From the sequence record KP869111: a stretch of DNA of 64,000 nucleotides; one strand, given 5' to 3'. A program made the position numbers and the translations under genes. The DNA is from Escherichia coli O157 typing phage 13. Below, in pieces: positions 9,513-22,119 of the stretch; the stretch's first letter is position 1; each line of letters opens with the position of its first letter. The notes under the pieces are model-generated. The model was not told where the DNA came from and did no database searches. It was given only the letters and a program-made list of their open reading frames with translations.

Positions 9513-11486
9513 ATGGCAAACACTCCTGTAAATTATCAATTAACCCGAACAGCGAATGCTATTCCCGAGATTTTTATCGGGGGCACATTTGCCGAAATCA
9601 AACAGAACATTATCGAATGGCTCCATGGACAGAATGAATTTCTTGACTATGATTTTGAAGGTTCACGCTTAAACGTATTGTGCGACCTTTTAGCATATAA
9701 CACTCTTTACATCCAACAGTTCAGTAATAGTGCAGTGTATGAAAGTTTTATGCGCACTGCAAACTTGCGTAGCTCTGTTGTACAAGCGGCTCAAGATAAC
9801 GGATATCTGCCTTCATCTAAATCAGCAGCACAAACAGAAATTATGCTCACATGTACGGATGCGTTAAATAGAAACTATATCACCATTCCACGTGGCACTC
9901 GTTTCTTAGCATATGCTAAAGATACTTCTGTTAACCCATATAACTTTGTTTCTACTGAAGATGTCATTGTAGTTAAAGACAAAAATAACCAATATTTCCC
10001 ACGTCTTAGATTAGCTCAGGGACGTATTGTTCGTACTGAATTAACATTTGATAAATTAAAACCTATCATTATTCGTGATAAGAACATTGACCGTAATTTA
10101 GTTAAGTTGTACGTTGATGGAGCAGAATGGATTAACTGGACTCGTAAGTCGATGGTTCACGCTGGTTCTACGTCAACAATCTATTATATGCGTGAAACAG
10201 TTGATGGGAACACCGAATTTTATTTTGGTGAAGGCGAAATCTCTATTAACACATCAGAAGGTGCGTTAACATCCAACTATATTGGTGGCCTTAAACCTGT
10301 TCAGGGTTCTAAAATCGTAATTGAGTATATTTCTACTAATGGCGCAGATGCTAACGGTGCTGTAGGATTTTCTTATGCTGATACATTAGCTAATATCACG
10401 GTAATCGATATTAATGAGAACCCTAGCAATAACCCAGACTTTGTCGGGGCCGATGGCGGCGGCGACCCTGAAGATATTGAACGTATTCGAGAATTAGGCA
10501 CAATTAAACGCGAAACTCAACAACGTTGTGTAACCGCTTCCGACTATGACACATTCGTCTCTGAGCGGTTTGGTTCTATTATTCAAGCAGTTCAAACATT
10601 CACAGATTCGTCTAAACCTGGGTATGCATACATTGCTGCTAAGCCTAAATCTGGATTGTATTTGACTTCTGTCCAACGTGATGATATCAAAAACTATTTG
10701 AATGATTATAACTTAGGGACTATTACACCTGTTGTTATTTCGCCTGATTATTTGTTTATCAAAATGAATATCAAAGTTACGTACGCGTTGAATAAACTCC
10801 AAGAATCAGAACAATATCTTGAAGGGCAAATTATTAATAAAATTGACCGATATTATATTGAAGATGTAGAAATTTTTAACTCATCGTTTGCAAAATCTAA
10901 AATGCTAACTTATGTCGATGATGCAGATATTTCTATTATTGGTTCTTCAGCTACTATTCAAATGGTTCGCGAAGTACAGAACTTTTATAAAACGCCTGAG
11001 GCCGGTATTAAATACAATAATCAGATTAAAGATAGATCGATGGAATCTAATATATTCTCGTTTGATTCGCACAGACCTAATCCAGAAAATGCAAACGAAA
11101 CTATTAAATACGGTGTTCGCATAGTATCTTCTGACCGTAATGACCGTGGCATAGGTCAAGTTATTATTGGTCCATTTGCAGATGGCGATGTTGTTGAAAA
11201 CGAAAATATACAACCTTATACAGGTAATGATTTTAATAAACTTACTGTTACTGACGGACGAAACAAATACTATTCAATTGGTGAGGTGAATTATCCTGCC
11301 GATTCGATTTATTGGAACATTGCTAAAATTGACCTCACTTCAGACCGTTTTGAAGTTCAGACAATTGAACTTTATTCCGACCCTGCAGATGATATTATTT
11401 TTACAAAGGATGGTTCTTTAATCGTATTCGAAAATGACTTACGTCCTCAGTACTTAACTATAGATTTGGAGCCTATTTCACAATGA
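9513..11486 (+). CDS. 6: gp6 baseplate wedge protein
   Basis: ATG at 9513 (MANTPVNYQL) follows gp5.4 stop; track start 9456 overlaps 5.4. Confidence 0.9.
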   Translation: MANTPVNYQLTRTANAIPEIFIGGTFAEIKQNIIEWLHGQNEFLDYDFEGSRLNVLCDLLAYNTLYIQQFSNSAVYESFMRTANLRSSVVQAAQDNGYLPSSKSAAQTEIMLTCTDALNRNYITIPRGTRFLAYAKDTSVNPYNFVSTEDVIVVKDKNNQYFPRLRLAQGRIVRTELTFDKLKPIIIRDKNIDRNLVKLYVDGAEWINWTRKSMVHAGSTSTIYYMRETVDGNTEFYFGEGEISINTSEGALTSNYIGGLKPVQGSKIVIEYISTNGADANGAVGFSYADTLANITVIDINENPSNNPDFVGADGGGDPEDIERIRELGTIKRETQQRCVTASDYDTFVSERFGSIIQAVQTFTDSSKPGYAYIAAKPKSGLYLTSVQRDDIKNYLNDYNLGTITPVVISPDYLFIKMNIKVTYALNKLQESEQYLEGQIINKIDRYYIEDVEIFNSSFAKSKMLTYVDDADISIIGSSATIQMVREVQNFYKTPEAGIKYNNQIKDRSMESNIFSFDSHRPNPENANETIKYGVRIVSSDRNDRGIGQVIIGPFADGDVVENENIQPYTGNDFNKLTVTDGRNKYYSIGEVNYPADSIYWNIAKIDLTSDRFEVQTIELYSDPADDIIFTKDGSLIVFENDLRPQYLTIDLEPISQ

Positions 11487-14400
11487 CAGTAAAAGCGCCA
11501 GCAGTCACAAGTCTCAGAATATCCAAGTTGTCCGCTAACCAAGTTCAAATACGCTGGGATGACGTTGGTGCTAATTTCTACTATTTCGTAGAAATCGCTG
11601 AGACTAAAACGGCAGACGGGGAAATAATTCCCCCTGCCAGCTACAGATGGATAAATTTAGGATATACCCCTAATAACAACTGGTTCGAAAGTAGCTTAGA
11701 CCCATTAACTTCTTATATTATTCGTGTATCAACTGCCGCTGAAGGCTTCGAGAGATCTGATTGGGTATATACCGAAATATTTGAATCATTTCAGACTAAC
11801 GCGTATACATTTCAACATATGATTGAAATGCAATTGGCTAACACTTTTATTAGAGAAAAATTTACAAATAACAACATGGCTTATGTCGATTTTAATAACG
11901 ACACTATAATGGCAGCTCTAATGAATGAATCGTTCCAATTTAGCCCTGCTTATGCAGATATTTCATCTATTAAAAATTTCATTATTGGCGAAAATGAGTA
12001 TCATGAAATTCAAGGTTCGATTCAACAGGTGTGTCATGATATAAACCGTGTTTATTTGATGGAATCCGAAGGAATTCTTTATTTGTTTGAACGGTATCAG
12101 CCTGTGGTTAAAGTCTCTAATGATAAGGGACAAACCTGGAAATCGGTTAAATTGTTTAATGACCGTGTAGGGTACCCTGTATCAAGAACAGTGTATTACC
12201 AGACAGATTACACCACGTATGTTCTTGGGTATGATAAATTATTTTACGGCCGTAAATCAACTGACGTTCGTTGGTCTGCTGATGATGTGAGATTTAGTTC
12301 TCAAGATATAACATTTGCTAAAATTGGTGACCAGTTAAATTTAGGATTTGATGTAGAAATATTTGGTAACTACGCATCATTACCTGCTAACGTGTCACGT
12401 ATTGCAGAAGCTATCGTTTGCAATGACGATTATGTGTACGTCGCTGCTCGAGATAAAGTTCGTTTTATTAAAACTAGTAATGCCCCTATCGATTCAGACC
12501 CGTTATCTCCGACGTATTCCGAACGTTTGTTTGAACAAGAAACATTTAACATCACAGGTAACCCTAAGGCAGTTTGTTATAAAATGGATTCTGTCGGCGG
12601 TAAAATATTTGCACTGATTATCGGTGAAGTTGTTAATCTTAATGACGACCCGAGGACCACTCCTATTGTTGATTCTGCTGATAAGGGTATTTACGTTCTA
12701 GACCATGATGCTGGCACATTTAAACGTGTGTTTGGTAATACTGAAGAAGAACGCCGTCGTATTGAACCTGGGTACACCAGTATGTCTACTGATGGTGTTG
12801 AGTTATCTATTTCATCTAGTAATTTTAAATTTCTAGAATCGGATATTGTTGATGACCCAAAAACGCAAATCAAGTACGGTTTAATCGGTGCTGTTAAATA
12901 TGAGTATCCTCGCGAATGGTTGGCTGATAAACATTATCATATGATGGCATTTATTTCAACTGAAGACTCTCAATGGGAATCGTTCACTCCTCAACCGATG
13001 GAATACTATGCTGAGCCATTCTTTAGTTATTCTAGAAAGTCTGGTACTCGTTGTTGGATTAATAACTCAGACAAGGCCGTTGTAATTTATTCTGATTTAC
13101 TTTACACTAAGGTTATTGAGAATCATCCACTTAGTTCTTCAGACCGTGAAGTTCATGAATATTGGAAGGACGGTGACTGTACAATAGTGATGCCTAACGT
13201 GGATTTCACCGGATTTAAAAAATATGCATCCGGCATGATTTTCTATAAATCATCAGGTGAGATTATTTCTTATTATGATTTTAGTTATCGTGTTAGAGAT
13301 AATGTTTCTATAATTTGGAAGCCTACTAATATATTCTTAACAGCATCATTACAAAACCAAGAAAAAGATACCACATGGACTCCTGTAGAAGAGAATGGTA
13401 TTGCAGACCCAGATTTACGTCCATTGCTCACTACAATGATGCCGGAGTCTTATCTTTTAGATAATACAAACTTTGAAGCGTTCTGCGAGGCTTATATTCA
13501 GTATCTTTCTGACGGTTATGGGACCCATTATAACAACCTTTTGAATCTTATTAAAAATCAATATCCGCGCGAAGAACATGCGTGGGAATACTTATGGTCT
13601 GAGATTTATAAACGAAACATTTACTTAAACGCCGAAAAACGCGATTTAGTGTCTCGTTTCTTTGAATCAAGAAGTTATGACTTCTATTCAACTAAAGGAA
13701 CTGAAGCATCATATAAATTCTTGTTTAAAGTGCTTTATAACGAAGATGTTGAAATTGAAATTGAATCTAGTTCCGGGACCGAATATGATATCATCATTGA
13801 ATCTGATTCGTTGACAGAAGATTTGGTCGGACAAACCATATACACCGCTACAGGACGTTGTAATGTGACGTATATCGAGAGAAGTTACTCTAAAGGTAAA
13901 TTACAATGGACTGTAACAATTCACAACCTCTTAGGTCGTTTAATCCAAGGACAGGAAGTTAAAGCTGAAAGACTCCCTGGTTTTGAAGGTGAAATTGTTC
14001 GTGGTATTAAAGGTAAAGAGCTTTCTCAGAACAACATCGATTACATAAATCGTGGTAGAGCATACTACGTAATGAAGATTAAATCTAAACTTCCGTCATC
14101 TCGTTGGAAATCAGACGTATTACGTTTTGTTCATCCGGTTGGATTTGGATTTATCGCAATTACCCTTCTCACAATGTTTATTAACACCGGATTAACACTT
14201 AAACATGTTGAAACCATTATTAATAAATACAAAAACTATAAGTGGGATTCTGGATTACCGACTAAATATGCAGACCGAGTGGCTAAATTAGACCCACAAG
14301 GAAATGTTGAGTTTGACCCTATTACAGGTAAAGCGATATATGAAATAGGCCCTATGGCTGGTCAAGATTATCCATTGCCTGAAGATTATAACGCTGAAAA

Positions 14401-14581
14401 CAATAACTCCATATTTCAAGGTCAACTTCCATCGGAACGACGTAAACTGATGAGCCCATTATTTGATGCGTCCGGAACAACATTCTCTAGATTTAGAGAT
14501 TTGGTTGAACAACGGTTAATCGATAATGTAGGAAATCCAAGAGACCCCGTGAATCCACCACAGGTTAAATTAGATGAATGA
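11483..14581 (+). CDS. 7: gp7 baseplate wedge protein
   Basis: 1032 aa, ATGA overlap with gp6; T4 order. Confidence 0.9.
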   Translation: MTVKAPAVTSLRISKLSANQVQIRWDDVGANFYYFVEIAETKTADGEIIPPASYRWINLGYTPNNNWFESSLDPLTSYIIRVSTAAEGFERSDWVYTEIFESFQTNAYTFQHMIEMQLANTFIREKFTNNNMAYVDFNNDTIMAALMNESFQFSPAYADISSIKNFIIGENEYHEIQGSIQQVCHDINRVYLMESEGILYLFERYQPVVKVSNDKGQTWKSVKLFNDRVGYPVSRTVYYQTDYTTYVLGYDKLFYGRKSTDVRWSADDVRFSSQDITFAKIGDQLNLGFDVEIFGNYASLPANVSRIAEAIVCNDDYVYVAARDKVRFIKTSNAPIDSDPLSPTYSERLFEQETFNITGNPKAVCYKMDSVGGKIFALIIGEVVNLNDDPRTTPIVDSADKGIYVLDHDAGTFKRVFGNTEEERRRIEPGYTSMSTDGVELSISSSNFKFLESDIVDDPKTQIKYGLIGAVKYEYPREWLADKHYHMMAFISTEDSQWESFTPQPMEYYAEPFFSYSRKSGTRCWINNSDKAVVIYSDLLYTKVIENHPLSSSDREVHEYWKDGDCTIVMPNVDFTGFKKYASGMIFYKSSGEIISYYDFSYRVRDNVSIIWKPTNIFLTASLQNQEKDTTWTPVEENGIADPDLRPLLTTMMPESYLLDNTNFEAFCEAYIQYLSDGYGTHYNNLLNLIKNQYPREEHAWEYLWSEIYKRNIYLNAEKRDLVSRFFESRSYDFYSTKGTEASYKFLFKVLYNEDVEIEIESSSGTEYDIIIESDSLTEDLVGQTIYTATGRCNVTYIERSYSKGKLQWTVTIHNLLGRLIQGQEVKAERLPGFEGEIVRGIKGKELSQNNIDYINRGRAYYVMKIKSKLPSSRWKSDVLRFVHPVGFGFIAITLLTMFINTGLTLKHVETIINKYKNYKWDSGLPTKYADRVAKLDPQGNVEFDPITGKAIYEIGPMAGQDYPLPEDYNAENNNSIFQGQLPSERRKLMSPLFDASGTTFSRFRDLVEQRLIDNVGNPRDPVNPPQVKLDE

Positions 14582-15578
14582 TTCAAGTGTTATCTATCGT
14601 GCAATAGTTACATCAAAATTTAGAACAGAGAAAATGCTGAATTTTTATAATTCAGTTGGGGATGGAGATGATAAGAACTCCATTTATATTACGTTTGGAC
14701 GTTCAGAGCCTTGGGCGTCAAATGAAAATGAGGTGGGCTTCGCCCCACCTTATCCTACAGATTCTGTTCTTGGTGTTACTGATATGTGGACCCATATGAT
14801 GGGTACCGTTAAAGTTTTACCTTCAATGTTAGATTCTGTTATTCCTAGACGTGATTGGGGAGATGTGCGATATCCAGACCCTTACACGTTTAGAATTAAC
14901 GATATAGTCGCATGTAATACTGCTCCGTACAACGCGACAGAAGTTGGAGCTGGTTGGTTAATTTACCGTTGTTTAGATGTCCCTGACGTAGGGCTCTGTT
15001 CAATAGAATCTTTAGATAATAAAGATGAATGTCTTAAATTAGGTGGTAAATGGACTCCGTCTGTTCGTTCTATGTCTCCTCCTGAAGGCAGAGGCGATGC
15101 TAATGGGGTCATCGAAACAGGTGATGGATATATTTGGGAATATCTTTATGAGATTCCTGCTGATGTGTCAATTAACCGTTGCACTAACGAATATCTTGTA
15201 GTTCCATGGCCGGAAGAAATTAAAGAAGACCCCACCCGTTGGGGATATGAAAATAACTTAACTTGGCAACAAGATGACTACGGTTTGATTTACCGTGTTA
15301 AAGCTAATACGATGCGGTTTAAAGCATATTTTGATTCTGTTTATTTCCCTGAGGCAGCTTTGCCTGGTAACAAGGGTTTTAGACAGATATCAATTATCGC
15401 AAACCCGTTAGAAGCTAAGAAAAATCCAAATGACCCTAATGTTAAAGCAGAAAAGGATTATTACGACCCTAGAGACCTGCAACGTCATTCCGGTGAAATG
15501 ATTTATATGGAAAACCGACCACCTGTTATTATGGCAATGGACCAAACAGAAGAAATTAACATTTTGTTTATGTTTTAA
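14574..15578 (+). CDS. 8: gp8 baseplate wedge protein
   Basis: 334 aa; synteny. Confidence 0.9.
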   Translation: MNDSSVIYRAIVTSKFRTEKMLNFYNSVGDGDDKNSIYITFGRSEPWASNENEVGFAPPYPTDSVLGVTDMWTHMMGTVKVLPSMLDSVIPRRDWGDVRYPDPYTFRINDIVACNTAPYNATEVGAGWLIYRCLDVPDVGLCSIESLDNKDECLKLGGKWTPSVRSMSPPEGRGDANGVIETGDGYIWEYLYEIPADVSINRCTNEYLVVPWPEEIKEDPTRWGYENNLTWQQDDYGLIYRVKANTMRFKAYFDSVYFPEAALPGNKGFRQISIIANPLEAKKNPNDPNVKAEKDYYDPRDLQRHSGEMIYMENRPPVIMAMDQTEEINILFMF

Positions 15579-15581
15579 TTA

Positions 15582-15606
15582 GGGAGCCTTCGGGCTCCCA
15601 TTTTTG
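15582..15606 (+). terminator. intrinsic terminator hairpin GGGAGCC-UUCG-GGCUCCC followed by T-run
   Basis: Perfect stem with UUCG tetraloop then ATTTTTG after gp8 stop. Confidence 0.7.
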
Positions 15607-15610
15607 TATC

Positions 15611-15618
15611 TATAAATA
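15611..15618 (+). promoter_or_regulatory. late promoter TATAAATA upstream of gene 9
   Basis: Exact motif between terminator and gp9 RBS. Confidence 0.65.
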
Positions 15619-15650
15619 GAATATAATATCGGACAACAAAAGGCAGAATT

Positions 15651-16523
15651 ATGGCATTTTTTAAGCAAACTCCTAAACAATTAATCGATACCGGCGAAAT
15701 TGGTAATGCCTCAACAGGTGATATCTTATTCGACGGTGGTAATAAAATAAATGACGATATCAACGCTATTTACAATGCATTTGGCGATCAACGTAAAATG
15801 GCCGTAGCAGATGGAACCGGACCTACAGGTCAAACTATTCATGCCACAGGTTATTATCAAAAAGGAAAGGCAGCCGATTATCAAACTCCTATTAAACCCG
15901 GCACCATGCATGATATTGATGCTTCTGATGGCGGTGTGATTGTTATTATTGACCGTCCTGAATTAGGTGACTCTGTAGAATTCATAAACTCTAATGGGTC
16001 TATTTCTGTTAACAATCCTTTAAGTATCCAAGTAACTGATGGTTCGATTAAAGGTGTTCTTAATAATCTTGTTATTTCCACCCCTTATACCCATGTTGTT
16101 CTTCGTTGTGTTGAACTTAATGGGCCAACTTCAGTATGGAATTATTCTACTGATAGCATGTTTGGGCAGAAAGAATCTCCTGTCGATGGGACTTGGAGTC
16201 TTACAGGAAACACAGTTTCTATTCCTCTGTTTTATCGCACGGATTATAACATGGCCAAATTGCTTGTTACATGCCAATCCGCCGACGGTAGAAAAATAAA
16301 AACATGCGAAATAAATATTCTAATAGATACAATTAACTCAGAAGTTCTTTCTACCGAATTTGCAGTAATGCGAGTTGGTAATGTAGATGAAACCGACGAG
16401 ATTGCTAATATTAGCTTTAGTATTATTAACAACTTTGCTACTATGACGATTACATCCGATATTATTGGATTACGTTCGGCAGTTAAAATTATCTCAACTC
16501 AGAAAATTGGGGTCGCTCAATAA
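15651..16523 (+). CDS. 9: gp9 baseplate wedge / long tail fiber socket
   Basis: 290 aa; synteny. Confidence 0.9.
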   Translation: MAFFKQTPKQLIDTGEIGNASTGDILFDGGNKINDDINAIYNAFGDQRKMAVADGTGPTGQTIHATGYYQKGKAADYQTPIKPGTMHDIDASDGGVIVIIDRPELGDSVEFINSNGSISVNNPLSIQVTDGSIKGVLNNLVISTPYTHVVLRCVELNGPTSVWNYSTDSMFGQKESPVDGTWSLTGNTVSIPLFYRTDYNMAKLLVTCQSADGRKIKTCEINILIDTINSEVLSTEFAVMRVGNVDETDEIANISFSIINNFATMTITSDIIGLRSAVKIISTQKIGVAQ

Positions 16524-18328
16524 TGAAACAAAATATTAAAATTGGTAACGTCGTTGATGACGGACAAGGCGATTACCTTCGTCGAGGTGGTGAAAAAATA
16601 AATGAGAACTTTGACGAAATCTATTATGAATTAGGTGATGGTGAAGTTCCTTATGCAGCTGGTGCATGGAAGACTTATGATGCGGCTGATGGTCTTAATC
16701 TTAAGGCTGCTTGGGGTAAATCTTATGCAATTAATACTACTTCTGGGCGAGTTTCGGTAAATCTTCCTAAAGGGACAATTGCAGACTATAATAAAGTTAT
16801 TCGTGCTCGTGACGTATTTGCAACTTGGAACATTAACCCTGTTACTTTAATTCCGGCAAACGGAGACACGATTAAAGGTTCTTCATCTCCGGTAGAAATT
16901 AACGTTCAGTTCTCTGATTTAGAATTAGTTTATTGTGCTCCTGGACGTTGGGAATACATCAAGAACAAACAAATTGATAAAATAGTTAGCTCTGACATTA
17001 GTAATGTTGCTCGTAGAGAATATCTTGTTGAAACCCAAGGTCAGACCGATTTCATGGATGTTTTTAACGGGACCTCTTATAACGTTAACAACATTCGCGT
17101 AAAACATCGTGGCAACGAATTGTATTATGGTGATGTATTCAGTGATAATAGTGATTTTGGTTCTCCGGGCGCTAATCCTGGTGAACTGGTTGCACTCGAT
17201 GGATTTAATATTAGATTACGCCAACCATGTAATGTTGGGGACACTGTACAAATTGAGACATTCCTAGACGGTGTTTCTCAGTGGCGTAGTTCATATACTC
17301 GTCGCCAAGTTCGCATTTTAGATAGTAAATTGACTGCTAAAAAGTCTATTGACGGAAGTATTTACGTCACTGATTTGAGTACGTTCAGGTCTATTCCATT
17401 TACAGCATTTGGTATTAATCCTACGGAACCACCTAACCCGAATTCATTAGAAGTTCGCTTCAATGGTATTCTCCAAGAATTAGCTGGTACTGTTGGAACT
17501 CCTATTTTCCGTTGTGAAGGTGTGGATGCTGATTCTGAAGAGTCATGCGCTAATCTCGGTGGGACATGGACTCAATCGTATACAGATTATGCGATTGAAT
17601 ATACTGATAATATCCCTAGCGCAATTCTGTTTGACCGTCAATTTGAAGACCAAGACATTATTACCATAACATGGTTTAATAACGATTTAGGAACTCTTCT
17701 TGAAATGGAAGAAATTCTTGATGTCGCTGATGAGAAATATGTTTCTCAAGGGTCTAACATTGAAATTACTGGTGACGTTGCATTAACCGATTTCGATAAA
17801 ATTGGATGGCCTAATGTAGAACCTGTTCCTAAGTATGAACGTGAATTCTCGACTATCTCAGCAATATTTGACACAATTTATCCTGTTGGGACTATTTACG
17901 AAAATGCTGTTAACCCTAATAATCCGGCCACTTATTTAGGTTTTGGTTCATGGAAAATTTGGGGGCAAGGCAAAGTATTAGCAGGTTGGAATGACGACGC
18001 GTCGGATCCTAATTTTGCATTAAATAATAATGACCTTGACGTCAATGGTAACCCTACTCATACCGCAGGTGGTACCGTTGGTGTAACAACCATCACATTA
18101 GAAAATGCTGATTTACCGGCTACACAAACCGATGAAAAGGTTCTTATTTCTGATGATAATGGTACAGTAATTATAGGCGGCTGCCAATATGACCCGGATG
18201 AAGAAGGTCCTATTTACACTAAATATCGTGAAGACCATGCAAAGACTAATGGATCTCATGTTCCAGCGCGTTCTATAACTAATATTCAGCCATCTATAAC
18301 TGTATACCGTTGGGTAAGGATTGCATAA
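16523..18328 (+). CDS. 10: gp10 baseplate wedge protein
   Basis: 601 aa; synteny. Confidence 0.9.
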   Translation: MKQNIKIGNVVDDGQGDYLRRGGEKINENFDEIYYELGDGEVPYAAGAWKTYDAADGLNLKAAWGKSYAINTTSGRVSVNLPKGTIADYNKVIRARDVFATWNINPVTLIPANGDTIKGSSSPVEINVQFSDLELVYCAPGRWEYIKNKQIDKIVSSDISNVARREYLVETQGQTDFMDVFNGTSYNVNNIRVKHRGNELYYGDVFSDNSDFGSPGANPGELVALDGFNIRLRQPCNVGDTVQIETFLDGVSQWRSSYTRRQVRILDSKLTAKKSIDGSIYVTDLSTFRSIPFTAFGINPTEPPNPNSLEVRFNGILQELAGTVGTPIFRCEGVDADSEESCANLGGTWTQSYTDYAIEYTDNIPSAILFDRQFEDQDIITITWFNNDLGTLLEMEEILDVADEKYVSQGSNIEITGDVALTDFDKIGWPNVEPVPKYEREFSTISAIFDTIYPVGTIYENAVNPNNPATYLGFGSWKIWGQGKVLAGWNDDASDPNFALNNNDLDVNGNPTHTAGGTVGVTTITLENADLPATQTDEKVLISDDNGTVIIGGCQYDPDEEGPIYTKYREDHAKTNGSHVPARSITNIQPSITVYRWVRIA

Positions 18329-18987
18329 TGACTGTACTTAATACAAAGGCGGGAGTTATTTCCCGTCATGCTGATTTTTTGAATTACAGAAAAAATCCAG
18401 ATCAAATTGATGTTTTAAACAACCAAGCTGTAGGTTCCGTGACTATTTCTCAGTTAGCTCGCGGTTTTTATGATGCTAACGTAGAATCTGCAATAAATGA
18501 TGTCCATAATATGGCACGAGCTGATATTGGTACTGTTGTCACAAACACTTCAGGCGTATCGCCTGAAGGTACAGCACAAGTTGATTATTGGACTTTTTCT
18601 GGTGATGTTCTCGACGATACTTTGGCCCCTGGAACGCCGGTCGTTATTAACGTATTTGGACTTGCTGTTAAAGCAACAATCGGTATGACTGATAACGAAT
18701 TAACGGCACAAGTTCGTATAGCTTTACAAGAAGCCATTGCTAATCAAATCGCTATTTCTTCTTATAAAGACCATCCGTCCGAAGGTAATAAACTTCAGGT
18801 GACATATTTAGATAACCAACGTCATGTGTTGCCAACATATGCTTCGTTTGGTGTAACAATTTCGCAAGAAATTTTGTCTGAAGCAAAATCCGGATACGGA
18901 ACATGGAATTTACTGGGTGCCCAAACGGTTACTCTTGATAACCATAATACTCCTACCGTTTTCTACCACTTTGTGAGAGCCTCATGA
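18328..18987 (+). CDS. 11: gp11 baseplate wedge / short tail fiber connector
   Basis: ATG at 18328 (TAATG overlap with gp10) gives 219 aa; track start 18310 is TTG. Confidence 0.9.
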   Translation: MTVLNTKAGVISRHADFLNYRKNPDQIDVLNNQAVGSVTISQLARGFYDANVESAINDVHNMARADIGTVVTNTSGVSPEGTAQVDYWTFSGDVLDDTLAPGTPVVINVFGLAVKATIGMTDNELTAQVRIALQEAIANQIAISSYKDHPSEGNKLQVTYLDNQRHVLPTYASFGVTISQEILSEAKSGYGTWNLLGAQTVTLDNHNTPTVFYHFVRAS

Positions 18988-20639
18988 GTAATAACAATAC
19001 ATACCAACACGTTTCAAACGAATCCATTTACGTTGAATTCGACCCTACGGGGTCGAATTTTCCAGATACAGTCACTAATGTCCAAGCCGCATTAGCTGCT
19101 ATTTCTCCTTCAGGTGTTAATGGTGTACCGGAAGCAACAACTACTACACCAGGAATTATTCAAATAGCTACTCCACAAGAAGTTATTGATGGACTAGATA
19201 ATAGTAAAGCTGTTACTCCGGCATCACTGAATGCTCGTCTACAATATCCTAATGCAACCGAAACTCAATATGGCTTAACTCGTTATGCTACTGAAGATGA
19301 AGCAGTAACAGGAACTATTGACGATGCATCAATTACTCCGCTTAAATTGAATCAAAAAATAGACAATGTATTCCAGACAAAAGTGTCAACAGAAGCATCA
19401 AATGGTGTAATTAAAATTTCGACTTCTGCTGCGGCATTAGCCGGTTCTGACGATACGACGGCAATGACTCCGTTAAAAACGCAACAATTGGCAATTAAAC
19501 TTATTTCGCAAATTGCTCCAAATAATAGTGACGCCACTGAATCTATTACCGGTGTTGTTCGTTTGGCTACAGTTGCTCAAGCGCAACAAGGCACCCTGCG
19601 TGAAGGCTATGCAATTTCACCTTATACCTTTATGAATTCAGTAGCATCAGAAACTAATAAAGGTGTCGTTAAACTAGGGACACAGACTGAAGTAAATAGT
19701 AACAACTCTTCAGTTGTAGTGACCGGCGCAACATTAAACGNNNNNNNNNNNNNNNNNNNNNNNNNNNNNNNNNNNNNNNNNNNNNNNNNNNNNNNNNNNN
19801 NNNNNNNNNNNNNNCGTGGGGCTACAACTTCTTTACGTGGAGTTGTTCGTTTAACTACACAAGCTGGTAGCCAATCAGGTGGTGATGGTTCTTCTGCCCT
19901 TGCTTGGAATGCTGATGTTATCCACCAACGAGGCGGACAAACTATTAATGGCACGCTTCGCATTAATAATACGTTGACTGTTGGTTCTGGTGGCGCTAAT
20001 ATAACGGGTAATGTCAATATGACCGGTGGTTATATTCAAGGCAATCGTATTGTGACTCAAAATGAATTAGACCGAATTCTCCCAGTTGGCGCTATTACAA
20101 TGTGGGCTGCAGATAGTTTACCGAGTTCTGACTGGCGCTTCTGTCACGGTGGGACCGTTTCTGCTTCAGAATGTCCGGTATATGCTTCCAGAATTGGGAC
20201 ACGATATGGCGGTAGTTCTTCTAACCCAGGCTTGCCTGATATGCGTGGATTATTTGTTCGCGGCTCAGGTCGTGGCTCTCACTTAACAAATCCAAATGTT
20301 AATGGTAATGACCAGTTTGGTAAGCCTAGATTAGGTGTAGGTTGTACCGGTGGATATGTCGGTGAAGTGCAAAAACAACAGATGTCATATCATAAGCATG
20401 CTGGCGGTTTTGGTGAACATGATGATTCTGGAGCATTCGGTAATACCCGTAGATCAAATTTTGTTGGTACACGTAAAGGACTTGACTGGGATAACCGTTC
20501 ATACTTCACCAATGACGGATATGAAATTGACCCGGCATCACAACGAAATTCCAAATATACATTAAATCGTCCTGAATTAATTGGAAATGAAACACGTCCA
20601 TGGAACATTTCTTTAAACTATATCATTAAGGTAAAATAA
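18984..20639 (+). CDS. 12: gp12 short tail fiber
   Basis: 551 aa; contains masked N-run but frame is preserved; conserved C-terminal receptor-binding region. Confidence 0.85.
   Translation: MSNNNTYQHVSNESIYVEFDPTGSNFPDTVTNVQAALAAISPSGVNGVPEATTTTPGIIQIATPQEVIDGLDNSKAVTPASLNARLQYPNATETQYGLTRYATEDEAVTGTIDDASITPLKLNQKIDNVFQTKVSTEASNGVIKISTSAAALAGSDDTTAMTPLKTQQLAIKLISQIAPNNSDATESITGVVRLATVAQAQQGTLREGYAISPYTFMNSVASETNKGVVKLGTQTEVNSNNSSVVVTGATLNXXXXXXXXXXXXXXXXXXXXXXXXXRGATTSLRGVVRLTTQAGSQSGGDGSSALAWNADVIHQRGGQTINGTLRINNTLTVGSGGANITGNVNMTGGYIQGNRIVTQNELDRILPVGAITMWAADSLPSSDWRFCHGGTVSASECPVYASRIGTRYGGSSSNPGLPDMRGLFVRGSGRGSHLTNPNVNGNDQFGKPRLGVGCTGGYVGEVQKQQMSYHKHAGGFGEHDDSGAFGNTRRSNFVGTRKGLDWDNRSYFTNDGYEIDPASQRNSKYTLNRPELIGNETRPWNISLNYIIKVK
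19741..19814. other. run of N (masked/undetermined bases) inside gene 12
   Basis: 74 N; ORF continues in frame. Confidence 0.95.
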
Positions 20640-22087
20640 TGGCTGATATAACTCTGGTAGATTTACCATATGTTGACGGCCCGCCAGACGCGGGTCAGAG
20701 TCGTATTGAATGGATTAAAAACGATGAAGAAATAACAGGTGCTGACACAAAATACGGTTCTGAAGGTGTAATGAACCGTCCTATTGTTGAAGTTCAACGT
20801 AACGTAGAAGCGTTAGATGTTAATATTAAAACTATAGCATCTTCTTTGAATACGGCCAATGAAGATATCAAAGCTATTCAAGGTATTTTAGATGTTTCTG
20901 GGGATGTTGATGCTCTTGCACAGATAGGCCAGAACACCCAAGATATTGATGTCATTAAAGTCACAGTTCAAACCCATGCTAGTGAATTGAATGATTTGAA
21001 TGAACATATTGATGCGAATACTGATGATATTGGTGTTTATAATCAGGAAAAAGATTCAGTTTATAGAACGGTTCGTAACGACCTGCTTTGGATTAAAAAT
21101 GAATTAGGACAATATACTGGTCAAGATATTAATGGGGTTCCTACTCCAGGAAATGATAGCACTGGTATGAAACGCCGTATTATGACTAATAGCTCCGTAA
21201 TTGTTGACCACGGTGTTCGATTAACTGATCTAGAAACTAAATTTGCTGATTCTGACGTCGGCTCTTTAACTACTGAAGTCGAACACTTGCGCGAAGAAAT
21301 GGGACCTCGCACTTCTTTCACTACTCCAGTGTTTAGTCGTCTTTCCAGTATTGATTTAACTTTGTCGCGTCAAAATGCTGACTTGGATGGCATTAAACAG
21401 TCTATTGGGTATCCTAATACGACTTCTATTATTACTACCACTAATGCAAATAGTTCAGCAATAAACGACATTAATCTTGAGCTCAATCAATCAGGTGGTA
21501 TTAAACCTCGTTTGACTACAGTAGAAACTGCCATTGGCGCTGATGATTTGCCTACTACAATCCAAGGACGTATTAAACTCAATACTGATGCTATCGGAGC
21601 ATTGAACACTGTTGTCGGCTCTGATTCTTCGTCAGGACTGCGTTTTAATGTGTCATGGTTAAATAACGTAGTTGGTGTTGACGCTTCAGGCGGAAAACCG
21701 GAACCAGACGGCTCTTTGCTTTATCGTACTCGAGAGCTTGAAGGAACTATCAGTGGGATGAGTAATGACATTCAGAACATTCAAACTGATGTTGGGACTA
21801 CTTCCACAGGAATTAAGGGTTCTGTAAACACATTAAATACTCTTATAAATGGCACCAACCCAAATGGTTCGACTGTTGAAGAACGCGGTATATTGCCTAC
21901 AGTTAAAAGTCATGATACGACAATTAATGGTTTAACTTCTAGAATTGCTACTCTTGAAACTGACTTGGCCGCTGCAGAAGCTGAAATCCAAACTCTTAAG
22001 GACGCTGGATATATTGAAGATGCTCCTTCAGACGGTAAATTCTATGTTCGCAAAGATGGTGCATGGGTTGAACTTCCTACAGCTTAA
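20639..22087 (+). CDS. wac: fibritin (whisker antigen control) neck whiskers
   Basis: 482 aa; synteny after gene 12. Confidence 0.85.
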   Translation: MADITLVDLPYVDGPPDAGQSRIEWIKNDEEITGADTKYGSEGVMNRPIVEVQRNVEALDVNIKTIASSLNTANEDIKAIQGILDVSGDVDALAQIGQNTQDIDVIKVTVQTHASELNDLNEHIDANTDDIGVYNQEKDSVYRTVRNDLLWIKNELGQYTGQDINGVPTPGNDSTGMKRRIMTNSSVIVDHGVRLTDLETKFADSDVGSLTTEVEHLREEMGPRTSFTTPVFSRLSSIDLTLSRQNADLDGIKQSIGYPNTTSIITTTNANSSAINDINLELNQSGGIKPRLTTVETAIGADDLPTTIQGRIKLNTDAIGALNTVVGSDSSSGLRFNVSWLNNVVGVDASGGKPEPDGSLLYRTRELEGTISGMSNDIQNIQTDVGTTSTGIKGSVNTLNTLINGTNPNGSTVEERGILPTVKSHDTTINGLTSRIATLETDLAAAEAEIQTLKDAGYIEDAPSDGKFYVRKDGAWVELPTA

Positions 22088-22093
22088 TGAAAA

Positions 22094-22107
22094 GGGCCTT
22101 CGGGCCC
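22094..22107 (+). terminator. hairpin GGGCC-UUCG-GGCCC downstream of wac (weak U-tract)
   Basis: Perfect 5-bp GC stem with UUCG loop immediately after wac stop. Confidence 0.45.
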
Positions 22108-22119
22108 TAAAGGATTTAT